The notes beneath the pieces were generated by a model. The model ran no database searches. It was not told the origin of the DNA and was given only the letters and a program-made list of their open reading frames with translations. A program made the position numbers and the translations under genes. Below are positions 49,997 to 63,210 of a DNA stretch of 64,000 nucleotides, one piece after another (position 1 is the first letter of the stretch; the number at the start of each line of letters is the position of its first letter). Location of the stretch: the NCBI GenBank assembly GCA_030141605.1, contig JAQGDQ010000157.1:1-64000 (forward strand), given 5' to 3'. The stretch comes from Tubiluchus corallicola (lineage: Eukaryota; Animalia; Priapulida).

Positions 49997-50556
49997 TGAA
50001 ATACATTATGTAGTGACATTTTAATACTGCAGATTGGTGTGGCTTGGAAGGCTAGCTGTGCTGCTGCAAAAATTAATATATTCTGCCTTCATAGCAGCAA
50101 CCTTTTTATAGAACGAAATCGCCACAATTACAATTACTGCATATGCACAGACAATAGTTACACCTGAACGTTCTGCTGCTGCCAAGTTTTTGAGCATGAT
50201 GCAATAAGTAGGGACAAATTGCAGCATATGCAGGAATGAAAGAAATGTTACCCTAAGTAATAATTATGTTGTAAATTTGATTAGTATTTGAATGTGGAAC
50301 AGTTTAGGCATTTTTGTCAACAATAAAAAAAATATCAAAACTTTATCCTAATAAATCAGTAAAAATTTGTGTTTCTTTACCAGAAAACGTACTACATCTG
50401 TTAGTCCACATGCATTTTCCACTCCTCAGCTACTCCCATGGTAATTTTGTTATTCCAAACTCTGTGCTTTTATGCATGGCACGAGATGGCATGCTCGGTT
50501 ATATCATCTGCATTATCACGGGGGGGGGGGGGGCAAGTTGTATCTGTTTATTAATT

Positions 50557-51207
50557 GTGTGCTTGCATAACAAAATCGTCCATAAGTCGGCAGTTAAGCT
50601 TTTCTAGTCATATACTCAATCTCCATTTCATGAGGATCATTTTGATACCAAGTTGATCGCTGTATGTTATTTGTAAGCTGAAACAATCCACATTGAAGAT
50701 AAGATGCATGCTACACACTGAAAAACATAATCTTGAGAAAATTGCTTAAAGTTAGCCATTGTTTTTTGACGTATTTTTACAAAACCCTTAGCAACCGCAC
50801 AAATGTTGGTTGTTATGGACTTTGCAAGAGCAGATTGAAGTTATGTTTAAATCCAGTAGATGGCTCTTCCTGACAAAGATCTGGGCTTGGCAACAGAAAA
50901 AAATCGAAGCAAAATGACTGCTGCTACGAGCTACTCTCCGAGTTTGAAAATACGTTTTTTTGCAATGGCATTATTAGTTTCTTGCACAAAAAATGTGTGC
51001 AGGGTTATAAAATTAGATTTTTAGTATTTTTTGAACATTTTCTTGATAAGTTGATGTTAGAATATGAAAGTCCAATATATTTAGTGTTTGTTTGTATCAA
51101 AAACAAAAAATTGACATTTGACCAAACTTTTGGTATATTCTACTTTGAAGCATAATAATGTAGTTTTAACGATGCCGACCTATGGACAGTTTTGATTGCA
51201 AGCACAC
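50557..51207. mobile_element. Sola1-like non-autonomous element
   Basis: AATT|GTGTGCTTGCA...gtccataagtcggca and tgccgacctatggac...TGCAAGCACAC|AATT. The 4-bp TSD fits AWWT. Confidence 0.78.
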
Positions 51208-51828
51208 AATTTGCTTTTGCTTTGGTCATATTAAGTTTCCATTCCATTATCTTGCACACATTTTTCTCATAACTGTTTTTTTCACTGCCCTATTCCGTTT
51301 CTTAGAAAACTGAGTTTTGTTGGTAATTATGATTATGATGTTCATATCTTTAACTGTTGCCAAGGAAATGTGTTTAAATTTTATAAGCAAGTTGCTGAAT
51401 GGGTATTAGTAATTTATAACTTCCTGCTTAGCTAGCCCTACCTTTCAAAATCTGAGCACTCAACTAAGTGCAAACATTTGTTTAGTGTGAAATGAGTAAG
51501 TGACTCAGTAGGGAAAGTTTAATGAGTGGTTTGTTATTCGCTGTTGCTTCACAGCTGTTTTGCTACCTGATGTTGAAAGCAGTGCTGAAATAAACTAATC
51601 CAATGCAACTAATGTGTTAATTTATAAGTATAGAAATAAATTTAAAAAATCATTTTTTGAGTTAAAACGTAGACTACTTAATAAAGTTGAATTGAGGAGA
51701 ATTCTCTGGTTTAAGTCAAGGTTTTAATCAATAATTAGCACAATCACACAGACATCATTGATGAAATATACAATTACAACGGTTATCATTAGCTACATTA
51801 CACTTTAATAAATCTAGTTGGAAAACCA

Positions 51829-51912
51829 GCGGTACCATATTCAAATATTTAATCCAACTCTGTCTTGGAATTGAACCCATGACCTTCCGTATGGTAAGGG
51901 AGCACACACCTG
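51829..51912 (-). mobile_element. Degenerate tRNA-SINE head related to 19040-19200
   Basis: ttgaacccatgaccttcc (B box on the minus strand), preceded by gcggtaccatattcaaa, colinear with the 19.1 kb copy. Confidence 0.45.
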
Positions 51913-53282
51913 TTCAGCTGAATTTGCAGCCAGCCTGGTGCATTAAATTCTGAATTACACTATTAAATGTAAACCAGTCAGTGTATCACTACATTGCTGT
52001 CTGGAATATTATTTTGTGATGACTTGCTCAAATCTTGCTATGCTTGCATTGATGTTTGTTTGTTTATGAACTATTACATTGAGGCATTTGGCTTTTGCAC
52101 TTGATAACTTAGCATGTCTGAGACTTATAGGTGTGAACATTACAGGTTCACTGACATAAGAGACATGTATTTGCTTTGTTTTGAACGTATTTATCAGGGG
52201 AACGATTATTCTTTAGAACAAAAAGAAAACAGAACTTTTACTTATATAATGTTTGAGCAGTGCTAGTTAATTGTATAAAGATGCTTTACTATATGGCCTA
52301 GCATTCTCTCTGATAGTGTAGCAAAAGACGTAATGTCAAAGATTGGGTCAGATGAGTTTTTGAATTAGTGAGATCTCATCATTACCCAAATAAAATTTTT
52401 TGTGTAGAACAGTGTCGCAATTTGTAAATTTGTATTAAGTTTGAGATTTTGATTGCTTTGCTTCAGGAATAATACCACACAAAATGTGTATAAGTGACGA
52501 AAGTTTTTGTATTTTGAAAACAGCGTTCTTTCGGTTTTTGTCTTTTATTAGCTAGGTCCTATCTGCTTGTAATTTAGCAGTCCCAAGACCATGTAATTAT
52601 AAGTTTAATCTTTTCAACAGTTATCAGCTGATGTTTTAAAGTGTAAGTGTTCAAACCTTTTGTAAATATTCTAGAATGATCATGTCCTCCTGCAGTTCAG
52701 ACGCACTGCGGTTGCGCTGTGTTCGCTCAGTTTATTTAGTGAGTCTATAATCTTATCATTTTTGGCTTGTTTGCCTGATTAGGACTATCATTCTGCTCTT
52801 GTATGTACTTCAGAGAGCGTGACTTCTTAGAGTTGTAGACTGTGATTTTCACGAAGCACTATGGACATTTTAGCAAACTGTAGGATATTTTACAGAGAAC
52901 TAAATTTTATTTAGGCTGTCTGTTAATGAGTTAATAAGCCTTGTGGCTAGTTCCCACACTATAAGTTCCATGGGAAAAAATCTTTAAATTTGTATAGTTA
53001 ATAGAAATGTACTTGGAAAATTTTGCCAAATTTCATTGACTGTTGTAACGTTGCCGTTTTTTCAGTTGAGTTTTTCAGTGAAAAGTGAGAAAGTTGCCAC
53101 ATCAAATTGTTGACAATTTTTAAGCTTTCTGTGTCATTCTGTACTGTTGTATTTGGAACTGATGTCCTTTGTTTACTGCATTGTTTGCAAAATTATCCAG
53201 TGTTTCTTGTTTGTTTACAGTTTTTGGTCGCTTCATAAAAATTGACTGTAGGCCGGCTGAACTCGTGCAGAGAGAACGCGAC

Positions 53283-53476
53283 ATGGCTGCTGCAAAATGT
53301 GATGATGCTCCGTGTCTACGGTTGTCGCGACCAGGAACGCCAGAAATGGAATTTGTCGATGACGATCCACCGTCGCAGAGCAAAACCGTGCGATTCATCG
53401 ATACTCTAAAAAAGAGCGTTTTTATAGTGGGAACTGCACTGATTGTCTTTGCTGCCGCCAGAAACTCTATAACTTG
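53283..53476 (+). CDS. FAXDC2: Fatty acid hydroxylase domain-containing protein 2, coding exon 1
   Basis: MAAAKCDD...LKKSVFIVGTALIVFAAARNSITW. Upstream acceptor ttgtttacag| at 53220, donor tg|gtaagt. Confidence 0.88.
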
Positions 53477-54896
53477 GTAAGTGAATATTTCATTTACGAA
53501 TAGGCAAGGCCCTTTCATTTATCACGCCCTTGCGTGATTGTACAACTAATTTATTTATCGTCTTCTTGCTACAACCCAAGCGTGTTGTACAGAGTTAAAG
53601 GAAAAGCCAACCAAGATCAGTCAAGGCAAAATTAAGATAGTTTCATCTTTTAACAAGTTTTTTTTCTTAAAAATAGAGTGGACTTGAGGCCAAAGTGTAT
53701 CAGAGTGTTGTGTTAGGATAGTTAAAATTTTCTGCACTAGCCGATTTCACACAAGTGATACTGTATGTTGTAGTGCAAACACTACTGTTACTGAAAGCTT
53801 TTTTCAATTTTTTCATCAAAAATAGATTTTTAATTTGTCTAAGGTAAGCAAATGGATTTCATGTATAATTTTTAATGAAAATCCATTGTGTGAGGAGTAG
53901 AAACCTACAAAAATGACCAAATATAATGTAACCGCTGCTTAGTGGAAGCAGTTTTTCAGGAACCCATGCAAAATGCAACAAATGCTTAAAAGGCCCTAAA
54001 GGAGCTAATTTGGACAGTTTTGTTTGGTTTCTGCTGCTTTTGGTGTGCTGTAGTTGTTGACACACAAGATATTCTTACTGAATAACATTAAGTTTATTGA
54101 CATTGTTTTGCTTGTTACCAAAGGTGCTTATGTTGGCAAGTAAGGTAATGAATAAAGTAATACGGTAGATATTTATATTTTTCATTAATTTTATGCGTCA
54201 CACAAAGTAGGTAATAAAAGTGAGAGCGTTTTGTATATTGAAGGGTTTTTTCAACTGAGTAAAGATCTACTGGTTAAATTAGTCTCGTATTGTGATAAAA
54301 CTACTTCTATTTGAATTAACTTCTAAGTTCTAAGAACAGATAAAGGGATGACTTCATTCATTTGTTAGAAATCTTGCCTCTTTAGGTGTTTTCTTACAGT
54401 TATCCAAGCATTTGACTCTTCCCACCCCTCTCGTCCAAAAAGGTTAATTAGAGGTGAATTGTTGCGTCAAGTGCTGCACTTATTTACTATGGCAACTTTT
54501 AGAAATTGTTAACATTTTGAAGAGCTCTATAATTTTTTAGTTTTTCATTTTTGCATTCTGTTAGCCATACTAGATGGGCAATAGTGCTTTGATTTTGGGA
54601 AATCACTGTGCAAAAAATAAGTGGTGTACCAGTTCAGCATAATATAGTCCACTCCCCACTCCCCCTGCTTTGTGATGTCATGACAGGTTAGCTTAAAATC
54701 ATACATGTACTGAAAGTTTGAAAAATTTAGTGAATTTAAATTTTCATATGCCATCGTGTTTTATTCTGTATGTCACTTTCAATTTTCGTTTTGGCAAATA
54801 TATACATGTAAAAACGCTCATGGGAGCATGTAAAAATATAATATGTAAAAATGCTTTTTTAAAGCTTCACTTTATGACCATGTTCTAAATTTACAG

Positions 54897-55000
54897 GCAC
54901 CTACAGAATGTTTGGGGAGCTTCGGGGGATTTCTGGCAAGCCCAGTGGGGAAAAGTCCTGGACTTATTCCAGGAAGATCGCTATAATCTTTATGTCTGGG
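54897..55000 (+). CDS. FAXDC2: FAXDC2 coding exon 2
   Basis: ttacag|g HLQNVWGASGDFWQAQWGKVLDLFQEDRYNLYVW g|gtaag. Phases are consistent. Confidence 0.93.
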
Positions 55001-55024
55001 GTAAGTTCTTAGTTTGCATGGACA

Positions 55025-55352
55025 GTCGAGCCATAAAGTTGCTATTTGTTTCGTTATGAATTAATAATTGCTTTATGCAAATCAGATGTCTGGAGTTGAT
55101 AACATTTGTTATTATGGTTTAGGGTCGCGGTTACCCAGCAATTTTTAACTTCTTTTGAAATTCTTTATAACCTGTTTTACTTCTACTAGGCACTCGAACC
55201 ATTAAGTTACTATTTTTTTAGTATGAAATTGTTACTTGTTTTATAAAGGGCAGATGTCTGGACTTAACATTTGTTGTTGTGGTTTAGGGTCACTATGACC
55301 CAGCAATTTTTAACTTCTTTTGAAATTCTTTATAATTTATTTTACCTTTACT
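55025..55352. repeat. Intronic tandem dimer, ~168-bp unit
   Basis: cagatgtctgga...ggtttagggtc...cccagcaatttttaacttct...gaaattctttataa at 55083 and 55251. Confidence 0.85.
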
Positions 55353-57194
55353 TGTCTTGAGATACTTTGCACCCAGAGTAGGGCACATTTTTTCCAAAAA
55401 ACTTATGAGCAATTTCATAAGCTCAGTTCTTTGTTTTACAATTTTGGTACTACATGAGGTGGTAAGTTCTAATCTTGCCCTACATCACCGCTACTGGTGT
55501 AGGTTCAAATGGTGCCATATATTTGTATAAGCAAGTTCTAGTACGATGTCACCATTATTGGTCTGAATATACAATCCTGGCTTGAGATCTGCACCTGGTT
55601 ATTTTAGATAGCTAGATGGGGTTTGTTAACCTTGAACTGTTGACTTGCATTTTATAACAATATTGACGTAAACTCTTATCTATGTAACAGCAAAGAGCGT
55701 TGAAGGTTACAAACCCTCATAACCTGATAAATATTCCTTTTTGCGTATATTATATATATATTTGTACGTCATTTTCACATCTCACATGAATTTTTCAATT
55801 TTGTGATATTTGTCGATCTTACAATTGTTATTTTACATAATTGCTGTTGCTATAGTTACGGAAGGTGGAATTAACATGTACTTCCGCCAGAATTGAGAAA
55901 GCTGGTGTTAACTCGACGTACATGCATTCGTCTATGGTTGATTTAACTCCCCACTAAAATTGCTGGCGAATTTCATAATTCTTTTTTTTTGGTTTATTGA
56001 GGCAGAATTGAAAGATTTATTTGCTGTTGGAGCATCACATGGCCTCAGCATCTTTGTGCTTGCAACCAGTAAGCCATTCTGCAAGTTTTTTTGACAGTTT
56101 GTTCGAAAAGTGCCACACATTTGCTATGTCCACATTCAGTGGAGGTTTGTAACTAAGATTAGTGGGGGTGCTGCTTCGGAAAATTTGTAGCTATTGTTTT
56201 AATATTGGTTAAAACAAAACAAACATATGTAATTTTAAACAAACAAACATATGAAAGTTTATACATAAACTTGATAAAATCCTAAACAAAAAAATATTCT
56301 TTGTTTGCTAATAGCCTAAATTGTCGTGACAACTGACAACAAACTGTGTGAGTGACAGTACTTTCTCTACCTGTGCTCAGACATGCCATGCGTACATGCT
56401 GGAGCGCACTGTGCTGGGCTCTGAAGCAAACAGTACCACCCTCACGTGCTCTGGTTCCGTACAAGTATAAAGAAAGAACAAAGAAAAATACATTATATTG
56501 AATATTATCGATAATATTGAGTGAAAATACGGTGTGCTGCAGTTTCACTGAACCTGTAACTGAGCCGCCACTGTCCACATTTAGATTTAGATTTATATTT
56601 GGCTGATTTGTACAAATATGCTTCAAACTATATACATATATTTCATGATATCAATAACAATATTACGTTGACGAAGGGTAAGTACAAACCAAGCGCTGAA
56701 TGATAAGGAGCGTAAGCTTCCGTGCCTCACACTGTGGTTGTGGCAAGCATCAGTGCAGAGCCAATCTAAAAATTAGTGAAGATGTCAAAAAACAACATGT
56801 GAGAAAATGAGTAATTATGGCTTTAAAACACATGCAAAGCACAAGTAAGCTTGAACAGATGGTACTAATGCTGTACAGTAAAATTAGGTATTTGGTTATT
56901 TAAGTAGAATACTGAGATAAAAGATAATAAAAAATATATTTTTTAAACTACTACGTTGGATAGTTCTTGACAGCAGTGGGCATTTGTGCCCAGAGATAAA
57001 TACTGGTGTATGAATCGTTATGATGACCAAAATTAGAACTGATAGCAGTGTAATGTTGAACGATGACAAACTTGCAACTTCAGTGCTTTCTACTTTGCTT
57101 GATCAACAGACGTTGTTCTTGTGTCAGTACCCTTACTCGACATGCATGTATGTTATTACTCATCTGTTTTTATTACTCGTTTGTTTCTATTTAG

Positions 57195-57316
57195 GAACCT
57201 TTGTATGGACAACAAGCATTTTCTGGCTCTTTAATCTGTTCTTGATCTTTCTTGACATCACTGGTAAACCGGCAGCTTTGCTAAGGTACAAGATCCAAGA
57301 TGATAAAAACGTGCCG
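57195..57316 (+). CDS. FAXDC2: FAXDC2 coding exon 3
   Basis: tttag|ga TFVWTTSIFWLFNLFLIFLDITGKPAALLRYKIQDDKNVP |gtaag. Confidence 0.93.
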
Positions 57317-59438
57317 GTAAGAAACTCTTGTTCTTTTCCTTAGTGATATTTGTTTCTGGTAGCATATAATTGATGTCAAGCAAAATGTCAATCATTCTCG
57401 TTCTCTGCCCAATCAGCGTGCTTGATTTTTACACCCTCACAGAACCTTCTTGTCGCTGTTCTTTCAGGAGGACAGAAGCTGCAGCTGTCTATTGCCTGTC
57501 TATGTTATACTGTTATGAAAAATATTCAACTTTTCATTAGTTTGCTAGAGAGACACCGACCTGGTTTAGTGAATCTGTGGAAATATATAGTTTACTTTAG
57601 CTTTTTATAGGGAGAAATGTACAACACTTACATCTATGAGTTGCTGATTACACTGTTTTCCATCAATAAAATACGCAGCTTAGTAGTTCATGACTTTACA
57701 AGTTGGATAAAAACATCTATTTGATTAACTTAAAAGGGACAAATTAATTTAGCGAGGTTAGGCCGACCACATGACGGCTGCTCTAACATTCGCAAACGTC
57801 AAAAGGCCCACTTGTACAGAGTTGAGTTGATATTTATAACTTCAGATTAAAGCCCGAGTTAGCAGGTATAAATGATGCAAGTAAAAATTAAAGCCCGAGC
57901 ACCTCTAAGTAGGTTTGCCTGGTCTGCAGCAATGGGAATAAGCTAGTCAGCAATAGTTGAGGCCTAGCGGCAAAGTTGAACTCATCCACCGGAATCCGTG
58001 ACAACTGTTGTAATTATGATAAGCAAGCGCACTCGTGGAAACTCCATATTTAGACAAAATGTTTTCAGACATTTTCAAGATGTTTTCTTTTCTGGATAGT
58101 TTTTTGAAAAACCTCAAGATTTTCGTGGTCCAAATTAATTTAAATGTGGTCAAAATTTGTATTGTATATCGGCGTAGTGTTAATTAACTTTACGCTATTT
58201 TTCCGGTTGTAATCATTGTTACAAGATGCCATTGAGGCTTGTGTAACTCAGGCAGTCGATATAAGGGTTGTGAAACAAACGAACTTGTTCCATTTCCGTA
58301 GCCTAACATACAGTTGGAAAAATACAAAAAGGGGATAAAGCTTGCAAACGACCACATGACTAGTTAAATGTCGAAGGTGTGCTATGTTCATATATTCAAA
58401 GGCAAAAGAGGCTTTTGTAAATATTTTTTGTTCCCCATTTGTCTTAAAGCTGAACTTACTGTCTTAGTTCCTTTGTAATAACGACCCGACTAGGCACGCA
58501 TGTCAATGCATTTTGTAGTTCTTTGAAACCTTGCCGCTACATTCTGCTGGCATGGTAAAGAATGGTTTAAATTTTCTGGCTACTTGAAGTTTTAATTTCG
58601 TGTAAAAATAATTGCTGCCTTGCAAATTTTGTGTATGAAAAAGTAAAATCATTTTATCTGTTGATTATAGTTGTCATGTTGTTTTCTAAAGAGAGTTATT
58701 GTTTGATGTCCTCAAGCAGATGTCCCCGATTTCCCGTGAATGTGTTGCGTTGCAACAGAGGCGGAGTAATAGACCAATATGCTTGATGCCAACTTAGTTT
58801 ATTCATGTCTACTAATTGTTTGTAGTGTGTTAGTAGGAAATTTTCCTTATCTGTATAATCAGACTGCTACCTATATCAACACTACTGAATAACCTGCAAA
58901 CATGTACTGTCACTACCATTTAGAAATAAATTGTTTCGGAAAAATTTATTCACCTTTTATGGACATATATGATGTCATTATATTAAACTGTTCGAATTGT
59001 CCAGGGTGAATAGCGGGTGTTAATAGTGTGTCTTGCCAATCGAAACTAAGCAGTGTTGAGATTGGCCACTTATTAGATGGGTGAGCAGCAGAGTTCACTC
59101 ACTCCTAGTGATTTTATGCTGTAATGATATTGGGAGTTTACCATGTTCTGGAAGAATATATGTAGTATAGATATGTGCAACCGAATACTTAAGACACAGA
59201 GTCTATTGCCTGAGAGATTAGCTTTCAAAATGCGCGAAGTTCTGGCCCACCACAAGCATGTGATTTATGTTAGCCCTACCATTGAGCTTTTGAGCAATGT
59301 TAATTCTAAGAAGTGCGGAATAATTGAATTATCTAACGATATTTGTATATAATGTAAACTTAATGTAATATTAATAAAATAATATGTCATTTATATGATT
59401 TGTATGTATTATAAAAAACCTTTTTGCTTCTATTCTAG

Positions 59439-59644
59439 CTTGATAAAAAAGCACTAGCATCAGCCGTTCTCAGGGTACTGTTCAACCAGACTGTTGTTGC
59501 TATTCCAATGTTGCTGTTTATGTACTTCATCATGCTAGTAAGGGGGTGTGACTATGGACGGGAGTTGCCCACTTTCCAGTGGGTGGTATTTGAGCTTCTC
59601 ATCTTTATCCTTTTCGAGGAGCTGGGATTCTACTATTCTCACAG
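59439..59644 (+). CDS. FAXDC2: FAXDC2 coding exon 4
   Basis: ttctag| LDKKALASAVLRVLFNQ...RELPTFQWVVFELLIFILFEELGFYYSH ag|gtaac. Confidence 0.93.
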
Positions 59645-59745
59645 GTAACTGCAACAGTTTGGAGTGGCATGAGCTCCACTTTATTTAGCAAAAAACTATT
59701 GTGTAGATCGCCTTTAACTAAAATTATATTCATAAGGGATTCTAA

Positions 59746-60393
59746 CAGAGGAGTAGCAAGGTGGGGGGCAACAGAGGGCAATCATCTGCGGGTGCAAGGG
59801 TGAGAGGGCACAAAATTCTAGAGTTCAGTGACTGTTAATTACTAAGTACTAATCTGACATTAACAAAACAATTGAAAAGTTTTCAAACTCCAACGAAATT
59901 ATTTAGTCAGAGATCATCATACTTGACTTAATTACAACATACAGCCAAGGTAAAAGGCTAATGTTGTTACTTAACGGCGTGTGTAGGGTGTCGTGTGGCC
60001 TAGCAGATCGATAATTTTGGGAGAAACAGTGGCATTTCTGTAAATGCCGATTGTATTATTTTGAATACCTGTAGTGTTCTGTATCTTTCATAATCTTTGC
60101 ATGTTTTAATGCTGAAGCTGAATGTTTAAGGACTGTCATGTTACATGCAACTTTCTTATACCAATGCATAGAAAAGAGGTATTCTGCTGTAGTACAGCAA
60201 GTCAAGCTCAGGATGATTCTTGCAAAAAATCCGTTTATCTTTATCCCATCACATCGAAAAGGGAAAGTCTGCCTCAGTGACACAAAAAACAAACACACTT
60301 TTTGGCTTTTCCCCCGAAACAAATGATCAAAATACTAAAAGGATAGGGTGCCAGAAGTTATTTTGCTGCCCACAAGCACTTGCTTCATCACTG
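59746..60393. mobile_element. hAT-like MITE in FAXDC2 intron
   Basis: TIR cagaggagtagcaag / cttgcttcatcactg (11/15). Flanking gattctaa on both sides (59738-59745 and 60393-60400). Confidence 0.65.
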
Positions 60394-61329
60394 ATTCTAA
60401 TTAAAAACAGTGAATCTTTAGCCAATTAGCAAAGACCTATGCATCATGAGAGTCTCCGAGTCACAAAGCCATGTTAGAGTATTTCAACACTGGCTTATAA
60501 ATTATCAGTATTGCAAACTCTCATTGGTCCCTATTAGTTAGGCTTATCAATGTTGTAGCTGTGCCATACACAAAGCAAAAAGGACATGACTACGCCATTG
60601 TTTGTGTTGCAGCGTAACACCATTATAGCAAGCATGGTTTATTGCATGCACGCCGGTAATGTGAACTTACAAAAAAGAACGAACTTTCGTCATTTATTTA
60701 ACTGCAGTATAATGCAGTTATAATGAGGCTTGTTATAATGTGTCTCTGGTTATTACGAGCAAATTTCGAAAGTCCCACCAAATCTTAGGGTTAAATGATA
60801 TATTTAAACTTTGCTTAGGGCAAGCTCCAATTTTACGAATTTTTGCTTATTACAAGTCTATTTGGCCGCCCTTATTTGATCGTACTTCAACTGTATATAA
60901 CGAGGTTGATTTCTAAAACAATGTGCTTATAGCATGCGCTGCATCACTAAGGGCAAAATGAACAACTAGATAAGAGAACTAAGTTATTGATCGTGAGTAC
61001 ACATATGCAAGACACTCGGTTATCGGCAGACGTCGCAAGCGAATGAACCATATTCATAGCAGAGATTTATAAAAAGAACTTATCGGCAGTTTTATGCAGA
61101 AATTTATTCTATAGGTAATATACCTTAGTCCCAGAAATGATAGACTAAATGCTAGCCATACCATTAGTTAGTTAAAATTTAAGCCAGTGAGTGATTTACT
61201 GGTTTTGTTTTCCTTTCTAAATGATTGTTTGAAGTTTGTGTGTTGAACAATATTCATCACTTTTTTTATTGAAAATACTTTGGCTTTCCCAGTTAGTAGA
61301 GTGATCTTTGCTTTGCGCCATCTTGCATA

Positions 61330-61640
61330 TCTGTCTAGAATCTAGACAATCGATAGTTTAGTTTCAGCACACTGAGTACCGCTTAATATTGCAATCTTAC
61401 AGACTCGAGGTGGAAACGGGAAGATGGTATGGTGAACAATGCGAGACTAGGTTGTGCCAATGTGGGTAAATTCAAACAGGGCATCATGCGATAGCTGTGT
61501 GTCGATTAACAGAACATATTAGGAGACAATATCCTAATGCAGATTACAATAAATTTAAGCAATTTCTTTTCACAGCAAAACAGGTTTAATGCATTTAAAT
61601 TGTGCTTTGAAATTTTAAATGTGTTAGATATTTAACTGCT
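61330..61640 (+). mobile_element. LINE 3' remnant
   Basis: SYRLEVETGRWYGEQCETRLCQCG*IQTGHHAIAVCRLTEHIRRQYP, a zinc-knuckle-like C-terminus. Confidence 0.7.
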
Positions 61641-61864
61641 ACATAATTTAGTATTTTTTTTCATATTTTCTTCTTCTTCTGTGTGCTTAATGATACCCGT
61701 GTTATAATGCAGTTATTTAATGCTGTTATTTAATATGGACCGTAAAGATCAGTTACTCCATTTGCGTATGTAATTTTATGTAATTAATGTAATATACATG
61801 TAACTTTTATTATGTCACTAACTAACTATCTATTATCTCTCGTCAAAGTCGTTTCTCATTGTAG

Positions 61865-62137
61865 ACTTGTACATCACCCTCGTATCTACAAACACATCCA
61901 CAAAATTCATCATGAATGGACCGCACCCATCGGGATCGTTGCTTTGTACGCCCATCCTTTTGAGCACTTGTTTTCAAATATGGCTCCTCCAGGCCTGGGC
62001 CCGGTCTTGATGGGCTCCCACTTGTCTACGACATGGCTCTGGTATGCATTGGCTTTGGTGTCTACGACCATCTCGCACAGCGGATATCACTTTCCGTTTC
62101 TGCCGTCGCCGGAAGCACATGACTTTCACCATCTCAA
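61865..62137 (+). CDS. FAXDC2: FAXDC2 coding exon 5 (His boxes); terminal exon lies beyond the window
   Basis: tgtag|a LVHHPRIYKHIHKIHHEWTAPIG...SGYHFPFLPSPEAHDFHHL aa|gtaagt. The HxxxH and HxxHH motifs are those of the fatty acid hydroxylase/sterol desaturase family. Confidence 0.95.
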
Positions 62138-62177
62138 GTAAGTGACGACGTTTTTACTCCATTATAATACTTAAGTA

Positions 62178-62240
62178 CAGGTAGTCGTGGACTTACGACT
62201 TGTGCAACTTACAACTTTACGACCCGACCACAACTTGATT
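62178..62240 (+). mobile_element. Tigger-like terminal fragment
   Basis: TA|CAGGTAGTCGTGGACTTACGAC with repeated ttac(g/a)ac. No partner end found. Confidence 0.5.
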
Positions 62241-62368
62241 AGTTGATTGTACAAAACTAATTATAACTCATATTTCATTCTTTTTTTTTACAGACAGAAA
62301 CCAATTTTAAATCGCCATGTGTTCTGATAAATTCATCCGTAGGTGCTGCCATATAGTACTAGTGCATA

Positions 62369-62430
62369 TAGTAGTAGTAGTAGTAGTATTAATAGTAGTA
62401 GTAGTAGCAGTAGTAGCACTAGCAGTAGCA
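62369..62430. repeat. (TAG)n/(CAG) microsatellite
   Basis: Directly visible. Confidence 0.9.
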
Positions 62431-62589
62431 ATGTATTGACTGTAACAATGAATTATGAGCGGAACAATTTTACAGTCAACACAGTACATTAAGCAGATAC
62501 AGTTAGCTATGCAACAACAAACTCTACCTACACAAATAGCAAACAGAAACTAGCTTTGTGTTTATCAATTTTGCAACAAAGCAAAGCAA

Positions 62590-63210
62590 TATCTAACAGT
62601 CTTTGCTGTAAGCTTCAGGTTGCTTGTAAATAAACTTGATAAACATCTAAACTAAAATCTAATCCAAGATAATCTTGTCATACATTTCCGGTAGTTATAC
62701 ATTCGCAAATGTCTGCTTGCACTAAACCGCAGTAACATAATCTTAATTCATGTGGTATCCTAGACAACCAGTTTTTACACGAAACTTGTGAGCTGAGAGA
62801 CGAAGCTAGTCACATGTATTCTATCGAATTCTTTTACATCTAATGAAACATTAACATAATAATCTAATACACTTCAATTAGGATTAAGTGATTTGTACAC
62901 CACAAACTTTGATCGGTCTGATGCCATAACACATGCTTTTCTATCTGCAATATCTCTCAATTATACGATCGTCATTCATCACACAATTAATATAACAAGC
63001 CTCTCGAGTATTGACTGCCTGCACTAACTGCCAAACAAAATTAAACGGATCATCAAGCATACCATTACGCATGTGTATGTAACTTGCATTGACTTTATTT
63101 TAGCAGACAATGCTGGATAGCCAAGCTTAAAAAGGCACAAATCGTTAGCTGTACTGTGCCTGACACCTAATATAGCTTTTATTGCTGATATATACAAAAG
63201 TTCAGCAAGT
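62590..63210 (-). mobile_element. Decayed LINE ORF2 3' fragment (same type as 61330-61640)
   Basis: LYISAIKAILGVRHSTANDLCLFKLGYPAL and, further downstream, LRLSAHKFRVKTG...SRIPHELRLCYCG. Confidence 0.75.
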
